From Octopus vulgaris (taxonomy: Eukaryota), in assembly GCA_951406725.2 (NCBI GenBank), contig OX597817.1, forward strand, positions 25,854,001-25,918,000: a DNA stretch of 64,000 nt, read 5' to 3'. The notes below the pieces were generated by a model, which was not told where the DNA came from, did no database searches, and saw only the letters and a list, made by a program, of their open reading frames with translations. This document shows positions 39,291 through 52,850 of this stretch, in pieces; the stretch's first letter is position 1, and every line of letters begins with the position of its first letter. The translations under genes were made by a program, and so were the position numbers.

Positions 39291-39837
39291 TCACTTTCGA
39301 GTGCTACTGGTAACATGTAACCCAGTACAACCTGTTGCATTGTCGGGTCGTCGGCGACTAAACCGGCAACCCCACCAAGCTTGCTTGGTGAGGAAGGTGT
39401 TTATTGGACACCCTGCGGGATGAAAATCAAATCCCGTCAAAGGGCGGAGGAACCCTTGAGAGTCAACGGCCATCCAATAAATGTCTTAAGGCTGTATCAT
39501 GTGCGAGGACATAGAAATAATCGGACTGAATACCCGATCACGCGGTTAAACCATTGGGAATGAAGGACTCCTAGCCTTTGTTAGGGCATCCTTCTTGGAG
39601 AAGGTAACTCAGGTAACTGGGATAACTCCGACATAAAACCTGCGGCTCAGTGGTTACCGATGATGTTGACTTGTTCTTCTTTTCCGATTATGGCTGCTGT
39701 TGCTTAGTGAGTGGGATTAACTCAGTGCACAGCCTTTCCTCACTTTAAAAGAAATCTTCTTGCACAGTCATTGCACAATAACAACATTGTTTAAGCTTCG
39801 TGCAATGGCCATACTCGATAATGAGGGGGCAGCCATC
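39291..39837 (+). mobile_element. GC-richer structured non-coding insert, probably derived from an RTE-type LINE 5' UTR
   Basis: Flanked by (TATG)n on both sides; several hairpins; agggcatccttcttggagaaggtaactc resembles RTE 5' UTR motifs (recall, unverified). Confidence 0.45.
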
Positions 39838-40438
39838 ATGTATGTATGTATGTATGTATATATGTATGTGTGTGTATATATGTATCAACGTACGTACATA
39901 TGTTTGTATCTATACATGCATGTATGTATGCACACACATAATTGCATATAGTTGCAGATATTTACAAACCTGGCTTTGGGATTAAGAAATTCACATTGCA
40001 ACTACGTTGTTCCATATTTGAGTCCACTTTGCAGCATCTTGAACAATTGTCTTCTGTTATGGCCTTAAACTGATCAATACTTTGCAAGCAGAAATTTAGT
40101 AGATAGAAATCTGTGTGAGTGTGTTTGTGTGTGTGTGTGTGTTTATGTAAGTATCTATGTTTTCTGTTCACACTAGTTTAAAAACTGTCTTGTTACTTTG
40201 TTGCCTCCTTTATGCCCTGTGACTCAGAGTAGTTCAACAAATAGCGAATGATAGAATATCTCTCAGAATAAAATCTAGACTGATTTAGTTGATTTTATCA
40301 ACTAAAACCTTTGAAGGTCACAAATAACAATAAAAGCACAGGGCACACGAACATTATATGGTACACAAATTCATGTGTTATAACTTTAGCTAGTGACAAA
40401 TTCTGAAGAAAATTAAATGTTTGGAAACAGATAGGACA

Positions 40439-40931
40439 TCATCATTTCATCATTGTTCGACCGTGGTTGAGACAATGGAATTTACCATGCTATGCCAGAC
40501 TTCACGGTCCATCATGGCATTACGGAGGTCCTGTTGCTGGATGCCTGTATCCCTGGAGATTACATCAGGGTAGGAGAGTGTGCGCCCTCTGGTATTGCGG
40601 GTAGATGGCTTCCAGAGGAGAAGAGTAGAAATTACCTCTTTTTCAGCTTTACAACAATGTCCAGCAAACTGGACTCTCTTATCTTTCACAAGAGATGACA
40701 CAGGTAGTAGTTTCCCATATATTTGCATTTTGGTTGGATGGCGCTTCCATGAGAGATTTTGAGCTCTCATAAGGAGGCGAGTGTAGGTTCCATCCAACCG
40801 CCTCTCAAGCTTCTTTGATAAGGTCCAGGTTTCTGAGCCATATAGTAGAATTGGTTCCACTGTGGCTTTGAAGATTTCAAGTTTGAAGTCTCTACTTAGA
40901 TTTGATGACCAGATCTTATGCATGTCATTAC
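40439..40931 (-). mobile_element. 5'-truncated RTE-clade LINE (C-terminal 157 aa open) with TSD
   Basis: KLEIFKATVEPILLYGSETWTL...RVQFAGHC...MMDREVW; (TGA)n-like tail; TSD agataggaca at 40429-38 and 40944-53. Confidence 0.9.
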
Positions 40932-41962
40932 AGGACAGTAGAAAGATAGGACAGTAGAATGTGACTCTAAATGCCTAAGTATAACTAATATGGTACAAGA
41001 CAATGCTGAGCCAAAATCTAAAGAAAATTATTTTGCATTTCATGAATCAGCATTAGTAAGATTAAATCTGGTGAAATATTCTTTTTTTTTACTGAAATTT
41101 AATGTTTATAGCATAATAAAATGTTATCAATATTTAAAGAAGCTAAGATATTTATTTGACCAGAAAATCTTGCATGGATTTTATTCAAAATATATTTTCT
41201 TTATTTTTAACTATTTTAATTATATAATTTCATTCATTGTCTTTGATATTTAAAAGAATTTAGATCTTGAAATAGTTCATGAACAAAAAGCATATGAGAA
41301 AACTCCTACTATTCAATCTATAGAAAATGAAATATGTGTCTATTTCGCAAGGACTAAATTTTATTACTTGTTTAACTTTCTTTCTGTTTTTAACTTTAAA
41401 CCTAACTGTAATGTATGGAAGAAAAAAAAAAGAACACAATTGAAAAGATGAAATAATGAATAAATATTTATTTTGATTGACACTTTCAATTTTGTTGTGG
41501 CATGTTTTCTAGAAGCCAACATATATTGTTGAATAACCATGATAATATTTTTTAAAAATACCAATGCTTTATTACAATAAAACTACATTCTTTAATCTTT
41601 GAAAGATTCTTGTAGCTTAAGAGACAATGATTTATATTAAGAATTACACAGCATGAATATTTATTTTAGGATTACAGGAAATTAGCATTTTATCCCCAAG
41701 AGCATTGTGGAACTTAGTAGAATAATGCCCATAGATTGTCTCTATGTTTGGCATTTTTCTTTTAACAACTGACTTTCTAATATAGACTGACATCTATTAA
41801 TATCCTTGAAATGCTGAAAGTGTAAGTTCATTGAGAAATGATATTTTATAAGGTTCTACAATTTCATAACTTATAATTCTGCGTTTCCAAACTCGCTTAC
41901 ACCAAATGTTACTTAAACTTACAAAACTGAAGTAAAATGAGAGGTGCCAGAGAAATAAATTA

Positions 41963-42119
41963 GGAGTGGCTGTGTGGTAAGTAGCTTGTTTACCAACCAC
42001 ATGGTTCCGGGTTCAGTCCAACTGCATGGCACCTTGGGTAAGTGTCTTCTACTATAGCCTCGGGCCAACCAAAGCCTTGTGAGTGGATTTGGTAGACGGA
42101 AACTGAAAGAAGCCCATCG

Positions 42120-42156
<37 letters not shown>

Positions 42157-42370
42157 TTGTGTGTCTGTGTTTGTCCCCCTAGCATTGCTTGACAACCGAT
42201 GCTGGTGTGTTTATGTCCCCGTTATTTAGCGGTTCGGCAAAAGAGACCGATAGAATAAGTACTGGGCTTACAAAAGAATAAGTCCCGGGGTCAAGTTGCT
42301 CGATTAAAGGTGGTGCTCCAGCATTGCCGCAGTCAAGTGACTGAAACAAGTAAAAGAGTAAAAGAGTAAC
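41963..42370 (+). mobile_element. SINE family A, full-length
   Basis: Colinear with the 12576 and 35209 copies. Confidence 0.9.
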
Positions 42371-42574
42371 TACTGGAAATTCTAGTTCATGAGTAACCAC
42401 ATAGAAGATCCATCATAAATGTATATTTTTTAAAAATATCATCAAAAACAAACACTTAATCCTGCTTTTATCACAACATTCACTAACTCATCCAGTTCTG
42501 AGTTCAAATAACATAGTGATAGATTTTTGTGTCATCTTTTCAAGGCAAACTAAAACAGTAATTATAATGATACA

Positions 42575-42958
42575 GTGGAAGCACTCCGTCGGTTACGACA
42601 ACGAGGGTTCCGGTTGATCCGATCAACGGAACAGCCTGCTCGTGAAATTAACGTGTAAGTGGCTGAGTACTCCACAGACACATGTACCCTTAACGTAGTT
42701 CTTGGGGATATTCAGCATGACACAGAGAGTGACAAGGCCGGCCCTTTGAAATACAGGTACAACAGAAACAGGAAGTAAGAGTGAGAGAAAGTTGTGGTGA
42801 AAGAGTACAGCAGGGATCACCACCATCCCTGCCGGAGCCTCGTGGAGCTTTAGGTGTTTTCGCTCAATAAACACTCACAACGCCCAGTCTGGGAATCGAA
42901 ACTGCGATCCTACGACCGCGAGTCCACTGCCCTAACCACTGAGCCATTGCGCCTCCAC
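42575..42958 (-). mobile_element. SINE family B, tail type 3
   Basis: Head and body nearly identical to the 14498-14804 copy, but a different ~200 bp tail. Confidence 0.85.
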
Positions 42959-43470
42959 AGTAGGATACAGTAGACTACACACCAAATACTTTACCCTAGA
43001 CTTGTATTTTAGTCCTTAGTCTCTATTGTTTTGTGCAGCATATTAATCCTTCCATGACTACCATGTCTTCTCTTGGACTACTGACTATTTTTCATTATGC
43101 CAGGCCTTTTTATTTCATTTCACATATTTTTTTTTACGTCGTCGTTGCCATGTCAGCTTAGACGATCCCACAGCTCATTTGTCACCATGAAGTTTTCAAT
43201 CAAGCACCTCTTTTGGTAACCTCCTATCACTCATTCTCAATATATGACCCAGCTAACTTAACCTTCTTGTTCCCAGCATTGTCATTAGTTCTTTCTGTAC
43301 TGTTCTCTGGAGTGTTATAGCATTAGTGGTTCTTTTGTATAAGCAAAAGAAATCAATATTCACAACAAAAGAAATTAAATTTTCATCCATTTGCATTTTT
43401 ACATTTCTACACAAAATGGCAAGACACATTTCTATGTTTTACACATGTAATGAAGCTCAATAAAATTATA

Positions 43471-43937
43471 TATTTCTTTATTAACCACAAGGGGCTAAAT
43501 ACAGAGGGGACAAACAAGGACAGACAAACGGATTAAGACGATTACATCGACCCTAATGCATAACTGGTACTTAATAAGGTGGCGAGCTGGCAGAAACGTT
43601 AGCACGCCGGACGAAATGCGTAGCCGTATTTCGTCTGGCGTTACGTTCTGAGTTCAAATTCCGCCGAGGTCGACTTTGCCTTTCATCCTTTCAGGGTCGA
43701 TAAATTAAGTACCAGTTACGCACTGGGGTCGATGTAATCGACTTAATCTCCTTGTCTATCCTCTCTGTGTTTAGCCCCTTGTGGGTAATAAAGAAATAAG
43801 TACTTAATTTATCGACCCCGAAAGGATGAAAGACAAAGTCGACTTCGGTGGAATTTGAACTCAGAACGTAATGGCAGATGAAATATGGCTATGCATTTCG
43901 TCCAGTGTGCTAACGTTTCTGCCAGCTCACTGCCTTG
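43471..43937 (-). mobile_element. SINE family C, outer copy split by a nested copy
   Basis: Tail 43471-43575 and head 43800-43937 on the minus strand; duplicated gtacttaat at the break. Confidence 0.85.
43576..43799 (+). mobile_element. SINE family C, nested antiparallel in its own family
   Basis: aaggtggcgagctggcagaaacg...gagttcaaattcc...aataaagaaata; TSD gtacttaat 43567-75 and 43800-08. Confidence 0.9.
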
Positions 43938-45469
43938 AAACTCAATAAAATTATAATTCAGCATTATTTTAGTCTGTATATACAGATGCATGCATAGCTA
44001 AATGGTGAAGTTTAAATTTTAGCCATGTGCTTCAAGGTCAATCCCACCTCACCTAAATAGGATTCTGAGAGAAAGTTGGTTGATGGAGACAGCATGAGAA
44101 ACCCAGGATACACAAATTAGATGAAAAAACTGTGGATGAAAAAAGTGGGTGAATACTGGACAGTGTTGAGTCATAGAAACCAAGTCAAAAGTATGATATA
44201 TAAGTGAGATGTGACTGTTCATCTCCTCTGAAAAGAAAAGCTGGCTTAGATCTTGAAAGGAAACATGATGACAATGATGGTGGTGTTGGTGGTTGTTGTC
44301 GTTGTTGTGGTGATGATCATGATCATGTTGTTTATGATGATGATGATGATCAATTTTAATGAATTCGCTTGCTATTTTCCCTCTTGATTAGATACATTTT
44401 AACTAGATGTAATAAACAGAATTGTTCTAATGTATCTTATATAGTATCATATTAATGATGCAATTACTTTTTCTTCCAACTTCATATCTCCTATGCCTCC
44501 AAAAACTAAGCAAATAAAAATAAAAAGAGGAATATTTTCTAACAAAGCAAGTGGCAACAAAATACTGCCTATTTTGCATAGAAACACTTATAATGAGCAG
44601 GTGACCCAGTTTGAGTACCACTGTGCCAATGTTCAAACTGCTAGAAATAGCAGCTAAAACTTTTTCAAATCCTAATCTGATACATTCTGAAAGGAATGGG
44701 TATAGCTGATAATGTCCTACATATCTCTAATATAACAGGATGATGACAGGTTAATCTGGAGATAAAGAATCATACCAAATTGATTAGCTGTAATATAAGG
44801 ATGATTGATAATACAGAACCATTATCGGTGCTATCTTGAAGCAAAGGCTCACTGGGACCCTACAAATCTAGGTACCTAATTCTAATCTATATATATGCAG
44901 TGGATGTGTATGTAGGGGTCACATTCTATTGCCTGGCTACAGTGTCCATTGTATTGTTAAGATGTCTCTGACCATAACATAATTTTACTGCACTTCAAAT
45001 AGATGAAATAATAAAAATAACATAATTTTCCTCATTTAGCAATTCTTGAGACAATTTTTTTACGAGATTATCAAACTAGAAATGTGATGGTAATTCTATA
45101 AACCATAATTGTCAAAGAATATCAAAGCTAGAACAATGTGCAATGATTTTGTTTACTGCTTCTTTTATTTTTTCTTTTAATTATTAGATTTCCTAATAAA
45201 TATTTTAAAGCATTGTTCACATGAAAGACAAGCATTATCATTCATTTAAAATATTACTTATGAAATAAATAAAAACACCTTGACGTCTGAAAGTTAACTT
45301 AATTATAAATATAGATAAATAAATATTTCTCAAAATGCAACTGTTTTATGTATTCTTAGTTGCCATAGTTAAATTTGTTGATGAATTACTATGAAAGAAA
45401 TTTTGAATGTAGAAGCAAATTTTGGAATTGAGACGTCTTAAAGTAAAATCAGTGTAGACAAGAGTTTAA

Positions 45470-45690
45470 CCCTTTAGTGTTCGCATTAGTCTGCCAAAAT
45501 TAATGCTTCTTTATCCACATTGTTTTGAACTAATCATGCATCATCTTGTAGTTATGAGATTTTGATGAGGTAGCTGTTAATTTTTAAGACGATATTGTAG
45601 GGTTGGTGTGAGAGACCAGATCTGACCAGTTTGGACATAAAACAGGCAGAATACTTTTTGCCAGATATGGCCGGTTTAAATGCTAAAGGG
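45470..45690. mobile_element. piggyBac-like MITE
   Basis: TTAA-ccctttagtgtt ... aatgctaaaggg-TCAA (mutated TTAA). Confidence 0.7.
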
Positions 45691-45844
45691 TCAATTAAAA
45701 AGGGAAAGAAGATTGAACTCTACTGCTGCTGTTTAAGTGATCAAGCATTACATTTAGAAAAAGAGTGGATAGAACATAGATATATATATAGGGGGCCAGT
45801 CAAGTGGCCCTGGCACTGATAAAAAAATTGCGAGAGATTCAATT

Positions 45845-45908
45845 TGGAGAATCCAGGTATCGATCCCAGTGACTCTAAAATGCTAAGTGAGCACTCTCCC
45901 ATCTGAGT
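45845..45908 (-). pseudogene. tRNA-Ala(AGC)-like pseudogene, 5'-truncated
   Basis: Minus strand ctcagatgggagagtgctcacttAGCattttagagtcactgggatcgatacctggattctcca resembles eukaryotic tRNA-Ala (GATCG T-loop, ATTCTCCA end); the 5' acceptor strand is missing. Confidence 0.7.
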
Positions 45909-46139
45909 GAGAGAGACAGAGAGACAGAAAAAGAGAGTAGGGTTGTTAGTTTAGAGTTGAGTTGACTGTATGATTTATAACAAGAGATATGAAGTATTGT
46001 CATATCACCATGTATTTCTATATGGGGTGAAAACTGTGTGAATTTGCATGTATGTAAATGTTGCATTTGAGGGTGTTACTCTAATGGCACGTGAAATAAA
46101 ACTGAGACTCCATATTTGAAAATGAAAGTTTTATTTGTT

Positions 46140-46345
46140 ACAGCTATAATTGTTTCAAATTTTGGCCCAAGGCCAGTAATTTTTAGGAGAGGGGACAACT
46201 TGATCACAACAACCGTAGTGCTTGACTTGTACATTGTTTTTATCAAAGAGATGAAAGGCAAAGTCAACCTCAGAAGGATTTGAACTCAGAACATAATGAC
46301 TCAGAAGAAACGCCACTTAGTATTTTGTCTGATGTGCTAATGATT
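46140..46345 (-). mobile_element. SINE family C, old copy
   Basis: gatgaaaggcaaagtcaacctc...tttgaactcagaac. Confidence 0.6.
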
Positions 46346-46564
46346 CTGTTATTTTGCTGCCTTTATAATAGATATAACTATAAAGACATTATGGTGTTAC
46401 TAAACAAAACCGATACCATTTCAAAGAATATCTAAAGATTGTAATTTAAAGTAACTATAAAACCCTATAAATGCAGATTAAGTTAAGCTGAAAATTCTGT
46501 AGTTTTAAAACATACATATTGAATTTGTATTTTAAGTGATATCTTGATTTTAATTAACTCTTGC

Positions 46565-47215
46565 GAGTATAGCTGTGTGGTAAGAAGTTTGCTTCATAAC
46601 CACATTGTTCAGGGTTCGATTCCACTGTGTGCCATCTTGAGCATGAGTCTTCTACTATAGCCTTAGGCTGACGAGTGGATTTGGTTGTTGGAGAATGAAA
46701 GAAGACCATTATGCTTATATATATGTGTGTGTGTGTCTTTGTATCTGTGTTTGTCATCCACCACTGTGGAGGCACACGGCCTAGTGGTTAGAGCAGCAGA
46801 CTCATGGTCGAGGAATTGTGAGTTCGAATATCAGACTGAGTGATGTGTGTATGTTTATGAGTGAAACACCTAGCTCCACATGGCTCCAGCAGAAGGTAAT
46901 GGCGAACTTCTGCTGACTCTTTTGCCACAACTTTCCTCTTTCCTCCTGCATCTTGCAGGAATCTATACGCCAAGGAAACTGGGAAACTGGCCCTTATGAG
47001 CCAGGTGTGGATTGAGAAGGAACAATTCACTACTGCTTGACAACCAGTGCTGTTGTGTTTACATCTCTGTAACTTAGCAGTTCAACATAAGTGACTGGTA
47101 GAATAAGTACCACACTCAAAAAAAATTATCACTGTGATCGATGTGTTTAACTAAAATTCTTCAAGAGAGTGCTCCAGAACGGCTGCAGTCTAATAACTGA
47201 ATCAAATGAAAGTTA
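46565..47215 (+). mobile_element. Old SINE family A copy interrupted by family B
   Basis: Family A head 46565-46766 resumes at 47028 (cttgacaacc...). Confidence 0.75.
46767..47027 (+). mobile_element. SINE family B, tail type 2, nested
   Basis: Imperfect TSD caccactg (46759-66) / cactactg (47028-35). Confidence 0.8.
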
Positions 47216-47667
47216 AAAGTTTACCCCTTCATGACTTAATGTTGACAACCATAACTTTCACTTTTCTGTTACACCTTCTATCACCGAAGCTCTCTCCTAT
47301 CATACGATTTTCTGCAACCATGCTGTCAGAGTTGCTTTCTCGTCAATTTCATTATTGCCAACCAACATGTACCTTCCTATCACTATATTTATTTCATCAC
47401 TTCTTCTATAACTCACATGCCCTATCTGTCTGTTGCCTCTATTATAAATCTCTTTTATTACATTTTCTTCATCCTGGTTTTACTCTCCTTCATCATCCAG
47501 TCATCTATTTAATCTCAGTCATGTTGGCTTCAATAAATAATGACATCATACAGAAGAGAATATGTTTTACTATTGCTGGTAGAAAAAGTAAACTTCCTAA
47601 TGCTATTTTTCAAATAAATTGTATATAATACAGGTTATACAGATTTGGTATTAGGAAGGGTATTAGG

Positions 47668-47900
47668 AAGGCGGCGAGCTGGCAGAAACGGTAGCGCACC
47701 ATGTGAAATGCTTAGCGGTATTTCGTCTGTCACAACGTTCTGAGTTCAAATTCAGCCGAGGTCGACTTTGCCTTTCATCCTTTCGGGGTCGATAAATTAA
47801 GTACCAGTTACCCACTGGGGTCGATGTAATCGACTTAATACCTATGTCTGTCCTTGTTTGTCCCCTCTGTGTTTAGCCCCTTGTGGGCAATAAAGAAATA
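47668..47900 (+). mobile_element. SINE family C, full-length
   Basis: Flanked by ggtattaggaagg (47647, 47659, 47901). Confidence 0.9.
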
Positions 47901-48186
47901 GGTATTAGGAAGGGCATCAATCCATACACGAAATACCCCACAAAAAATGGTAGATACGAGATTGATTTCACTGCTAAGCTATCCACAAAAACAGTAAATC
48001 CAAATAAGAAATAATTCGCTCAATAAAGACATGATCAACATATAATGGCATGGAAAGCAGAACAGAATTGGTAAAGATGTTGATGGCAATAACATATATG
48101 TATGAGTATATAATAAGAAGAACAGCTACTAAAGAAAACAAATGCTAATAATTGCTCATGTACATATATATATATATATATATATA

Positions 48187-48345
48187 TCATCATCATCATC
48201 ATCATCATTTAAAGTCCGTTTTCCATGCTAGCATGGGCTGGACGATTTGACTGAGAGCTGGCGAACCAAATGGCTGCACCAGGTTCCAATCTTGATCTGT
48301 CAAAGTTTCTACAGCTGGATGCCCTTCCTGACGCCAACCACTCCG
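48187..48345 (-). mobile_element. SINE-like family D, 3' part
   Basis: (CAT)n plus ttccatgctagcatggg...ggatgcccttcctgacgccaaccactc. Confidence 0.8.
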
Positions 48346-49288
48346 ATATATATATATATGTATATATATATGTATATATATATGCATGTATGTATATATA
48401 TATATATATATATAACTTAGAAAGGTTATATATATATGAATAAATCCATACATATATGTATACATATGTAATATATTTATATATGATGATGATGATGATG
48501 ATGATGTTGATATATAAATATATTACATATGTATACATACACACACACACGTATACATACATACACACACATATATTTACATACACAGACTGTAAAACAG
48601 ACAGAGAGACAGATAGAGATAGATAAATACAGCCATCCATCAATCCATCCATCCATCCATCCATCCATCCATGCATACATACATACATACATACATACAT
48701 ACATACATACATACATACATACATACATAAATACATACATACATACATACATACATACATACATACATACATACATACATACATACATACATACATACAT
48801 ACATACATACATACATACATACATACATACATACATACGTACATACATACGTACATATATACATACATACATGCATACATACATACATACATACATACAT
48901 ACATACATGCATGCATGCATGCAGTCGTTGCACAAATATACAACAGTCCTCTATATATATACATGCACACCCTGTAACTACATGTACACATTCTTTCTAA
49001 TCAAAACTTCATTTCTGGTAGATTCGATGTCAATTCTGTGCAGTCATATATCTCATCTAAAGATCATTAATGTTTGGTTGTCAAAGGCTTCCTTATCAAT
49101 TTCACCAATTAACATAGAAAAGAAGATTAACAACTGTTGTTCAATGAGCATTTCCCATGAAAATATCATATCATTTTTCACATAACTTGTAAATAAAGAT
49201 GCTAAGGATACAGACACAGATAGAGAACCACGTCTACCATGCACAATTGCATACACACATATGTATCAACTGAAAAATTTACATACAC

Positions 49289-49376
<88 letters not shown>

Positions 49377-50221
49377 GTATTTATGTAAGTTTATATATGT
49401 ATATAGATATATGAGTAAATATATACATATAGACATATATATATATATATATATGCATATATGTATATATACATATATACACACACACACATATATATAT
49501 ATATATACATATATATATGTATGTATATATACATATGTATATATATATACATATTTATATATATATATGTATGTATATATATATGTATATATATATATGT
49601 ATATATATGCATGTATGTATATATATATATATATGCATACATACACATACATCCATACGTGTATGCCTGATCAACATCATCATCATCATTTAGCTGGTGT
49701 ACGTGATGGTGATGGTGGTGGTGATGAGGTTGATGATGATTAAATATAGCGATGTTATATATACATGTATATATCTACTTGCATATATTTCTCTCTATAC
49801 ACATGAACAGAGGCATATATTCAAATGAAATGTTACATAGAGAAACACATGCAGACATTCGCTCACATCTTAATAATTTTACATATATATTTGCATACAG
49901 TCTGAAATAAAAGATTTATATGCAAACACATTACAGACACCTGCATGTATGTTCTTGTATTCAGATATAAAAATGTACATGCACAGACACACACATGCAT
50001 GCATGCATACATATATTAGATATATACATGTACATACACACACATACACACACATATACAAATCTATACATACTTACATATATTTATGTGTATGTATATA
50101 TATGTATGCATAATTATATATATATATATATGTATGTATGTATGTAGGTGTATGTAAATGTATGTACATATTCACATTTACATATACACTGTATACAAAC
50201 ACACACATGTATATAATCACA

Positions 50222-50263
<42 letters not shown>

Positions 50264-51221
50264 GTTTTCTGTCTCTAAAGATACTTTGATATATATATAT
50301 ATATACATACATGTGTGTGTGTGTCTACACTAGATGAGGGAGTGAAAAAGAAAGGAAAAATAAATTAAGATGGAAAGAAATATAAAACAAAAATTGTTAG
50401 GGAAGAATCACAAATTATGTATATATGTCTGGATATAATAAAGAGAAAGGAAAACGGAAAAAATATTCCAAGTCAAAGTAGAGCCATCTTATCCAAGTAA
50501 TTTTTGCACCACAGAAGACAGGTTATTTATATCTCTTCTTGGAGTTAATTCTATTTTGTGTTTATCATATTTTCTATTGTTTTCCGGAAGAAATTTTGTG
50601 ATTAGCTGCAGAAATATTTTTCCTATCATCTTTGTATTATAAAAAAAAAAAGGGGAAATGAACAAATAAGAATTTGTGTACAAGTGATAAAATAACCCTT
50701 GGAACAAGCATATATGTGCAAATGCATGTATGTGTGCATCTATGTATGTATACATATATATATATATATATATGTGTGATGATTTGAATGTGTGTGTGTG
50801 TCTGTGTGTGTGTGTCTGTGTGTGTGAATATATACATGCATGCATACATATGTGTGTGTGTGTTTGTGTATGTGTGTGTGTATGGATACACACAAAAGCT
50901 CAAAAACACAACCATAATACACACATGATACACACATGCACATATATGCAGCTATCATACACATTATCAACTTATTAGAGAGAAACATATATATATATAT
51001 ATATGCATTTTCACATATGCAAATATATATTAATATATGAAAATAGATATACAATTTTGTAGCTACACATAAACACACTTACATACATGAATACACACAC
51101 AAACATGCACATGCATACACACACTCATATATACATACATTCATACATAGATACATACATATATATGTATATGTATATATATATATGTATATATATGTGT
51201 GTGTGTGTGTGTATATATATA

Positions 51222-51269
<48 letters not shown>

Positions 51270-51304
51270 TATTACATCATATATATACATATATATATAT
51301 GTAA

Positions 51305-51349
<45 letters not shown>

Positions 51350-52237
51350 TATTACATCATATATATACATATATATATATATAGTACATTATATATATAT
51401 ATATATACATATATATCACATCATATATATACATATATATATATTACATTATGTATATATATATATATATATATACATGTGTGTATATATGTGACTGTGT
51501 ATGTGTGTGCATGCATGCATATGTGTATGTATAAACATGTTATGCATTTATTTATGTGTATATGTGTAATTGCATGATTTTAGAAAAACAACAAGAAAGA
51601 TTCACATTCAGGAAATTGCTAATTAATCTCTGCTTTAGGTCCGTGCTGTTCCTTTCCTGTCTACTCAATGCATAGTTTAGCATTATACTTTAGAAGTAAT
51701 CAAAGTGCCAAAGAAAATTGCAGTTCTCTGAAGCAATAACAATTCAAAAGAGTTTATTTTAGCAGTTAGCAGTCTAAGACATCCAACAATTTGATTAAAT
51801 GTTAGGAATACTCACACAAAAGTAAATATATAGTTATATACAGATGTATATGAACATATATATATATATATATATATTTATATGCAAGTGAGTTTGTGTA
51901 TGTATATTATAGGTATATGTGTGTATTATATCTACGGATATGTGTGTGTAGGTATGTACGTATGTATATTTATATGCAAGTGAATGTTTGTATGTATATT
52001 ATAGCTTTATATATGTATTGTATCTATGGATATACATATATGTATATATGTATATATGTATATATGTATATATATGTATGTATATATATATATATTTATG
52101 TATATATATGTGTATATATATATATATATATGTGTATGTATATATATATATATATATATACACAGTCACACACACACACGTATATATATACACACACACA
52201 TACATGCACATATACATATACACATCTAGCTAACTCC

Positions 52238-52273
<36 letters not shown>

Positions 52274-52586
52274 TTATCTATATATCAATCTATGATCTGT
52301 ATGTGTGTGTGTGTGTATAAAACTCTCACATATGAATGCATTCATACATACATACACACATTTGCATTTATATAATCAGAAATTTTTAAATATATTTATT
52401 TTTTCTTTCCTAAAAACATGTATTTTCTTGTCCTATTGATTTCATTCTTTTCATTTTCGCTTTCTTTGTCTCCTCTTTGTCAACTCCACTATCTTACAGA
52501 CATATGCGTGTATGTAAATGCATATTCATTTACATATATATGTATGCATATGATATATATATATATATCTGTAATATATATGTATA

Positions 52587-52626
<40 letters not shown>

Positions 52627-52850
52627 ATATATACACACACACACACATTTATATATGATATAGTTATATACATATGTATATGAATATATATATAAATATA
52701 TATATATATACATATCTTTATATGCAAGTGAGTATGTGTATGTATATTATAGCTATATATATATATATTATATCTACAGATATATATATACATATATATA
52801 TATACAGATACAGATATATATATATACATACACACATACACATTTATATG
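48346..52850. repeat. Microsatellite-rich tract: (TA)n, (TACA)n, (CCAT)n, (CA)n, (GAT)n
   Basis: Direct inspection; the long (ACAT)n at 48675-48910 gives the MYVC/HTYI ORFs. Confidence 0.9.

Noticed and set aside
39400-39830. Twister or HDV-like ribozyme in the structured insert
   Set aside because: Partial resemblances (ggcggagg, taactccg, ttcctcac) do not assemble into the required pseudoknots.
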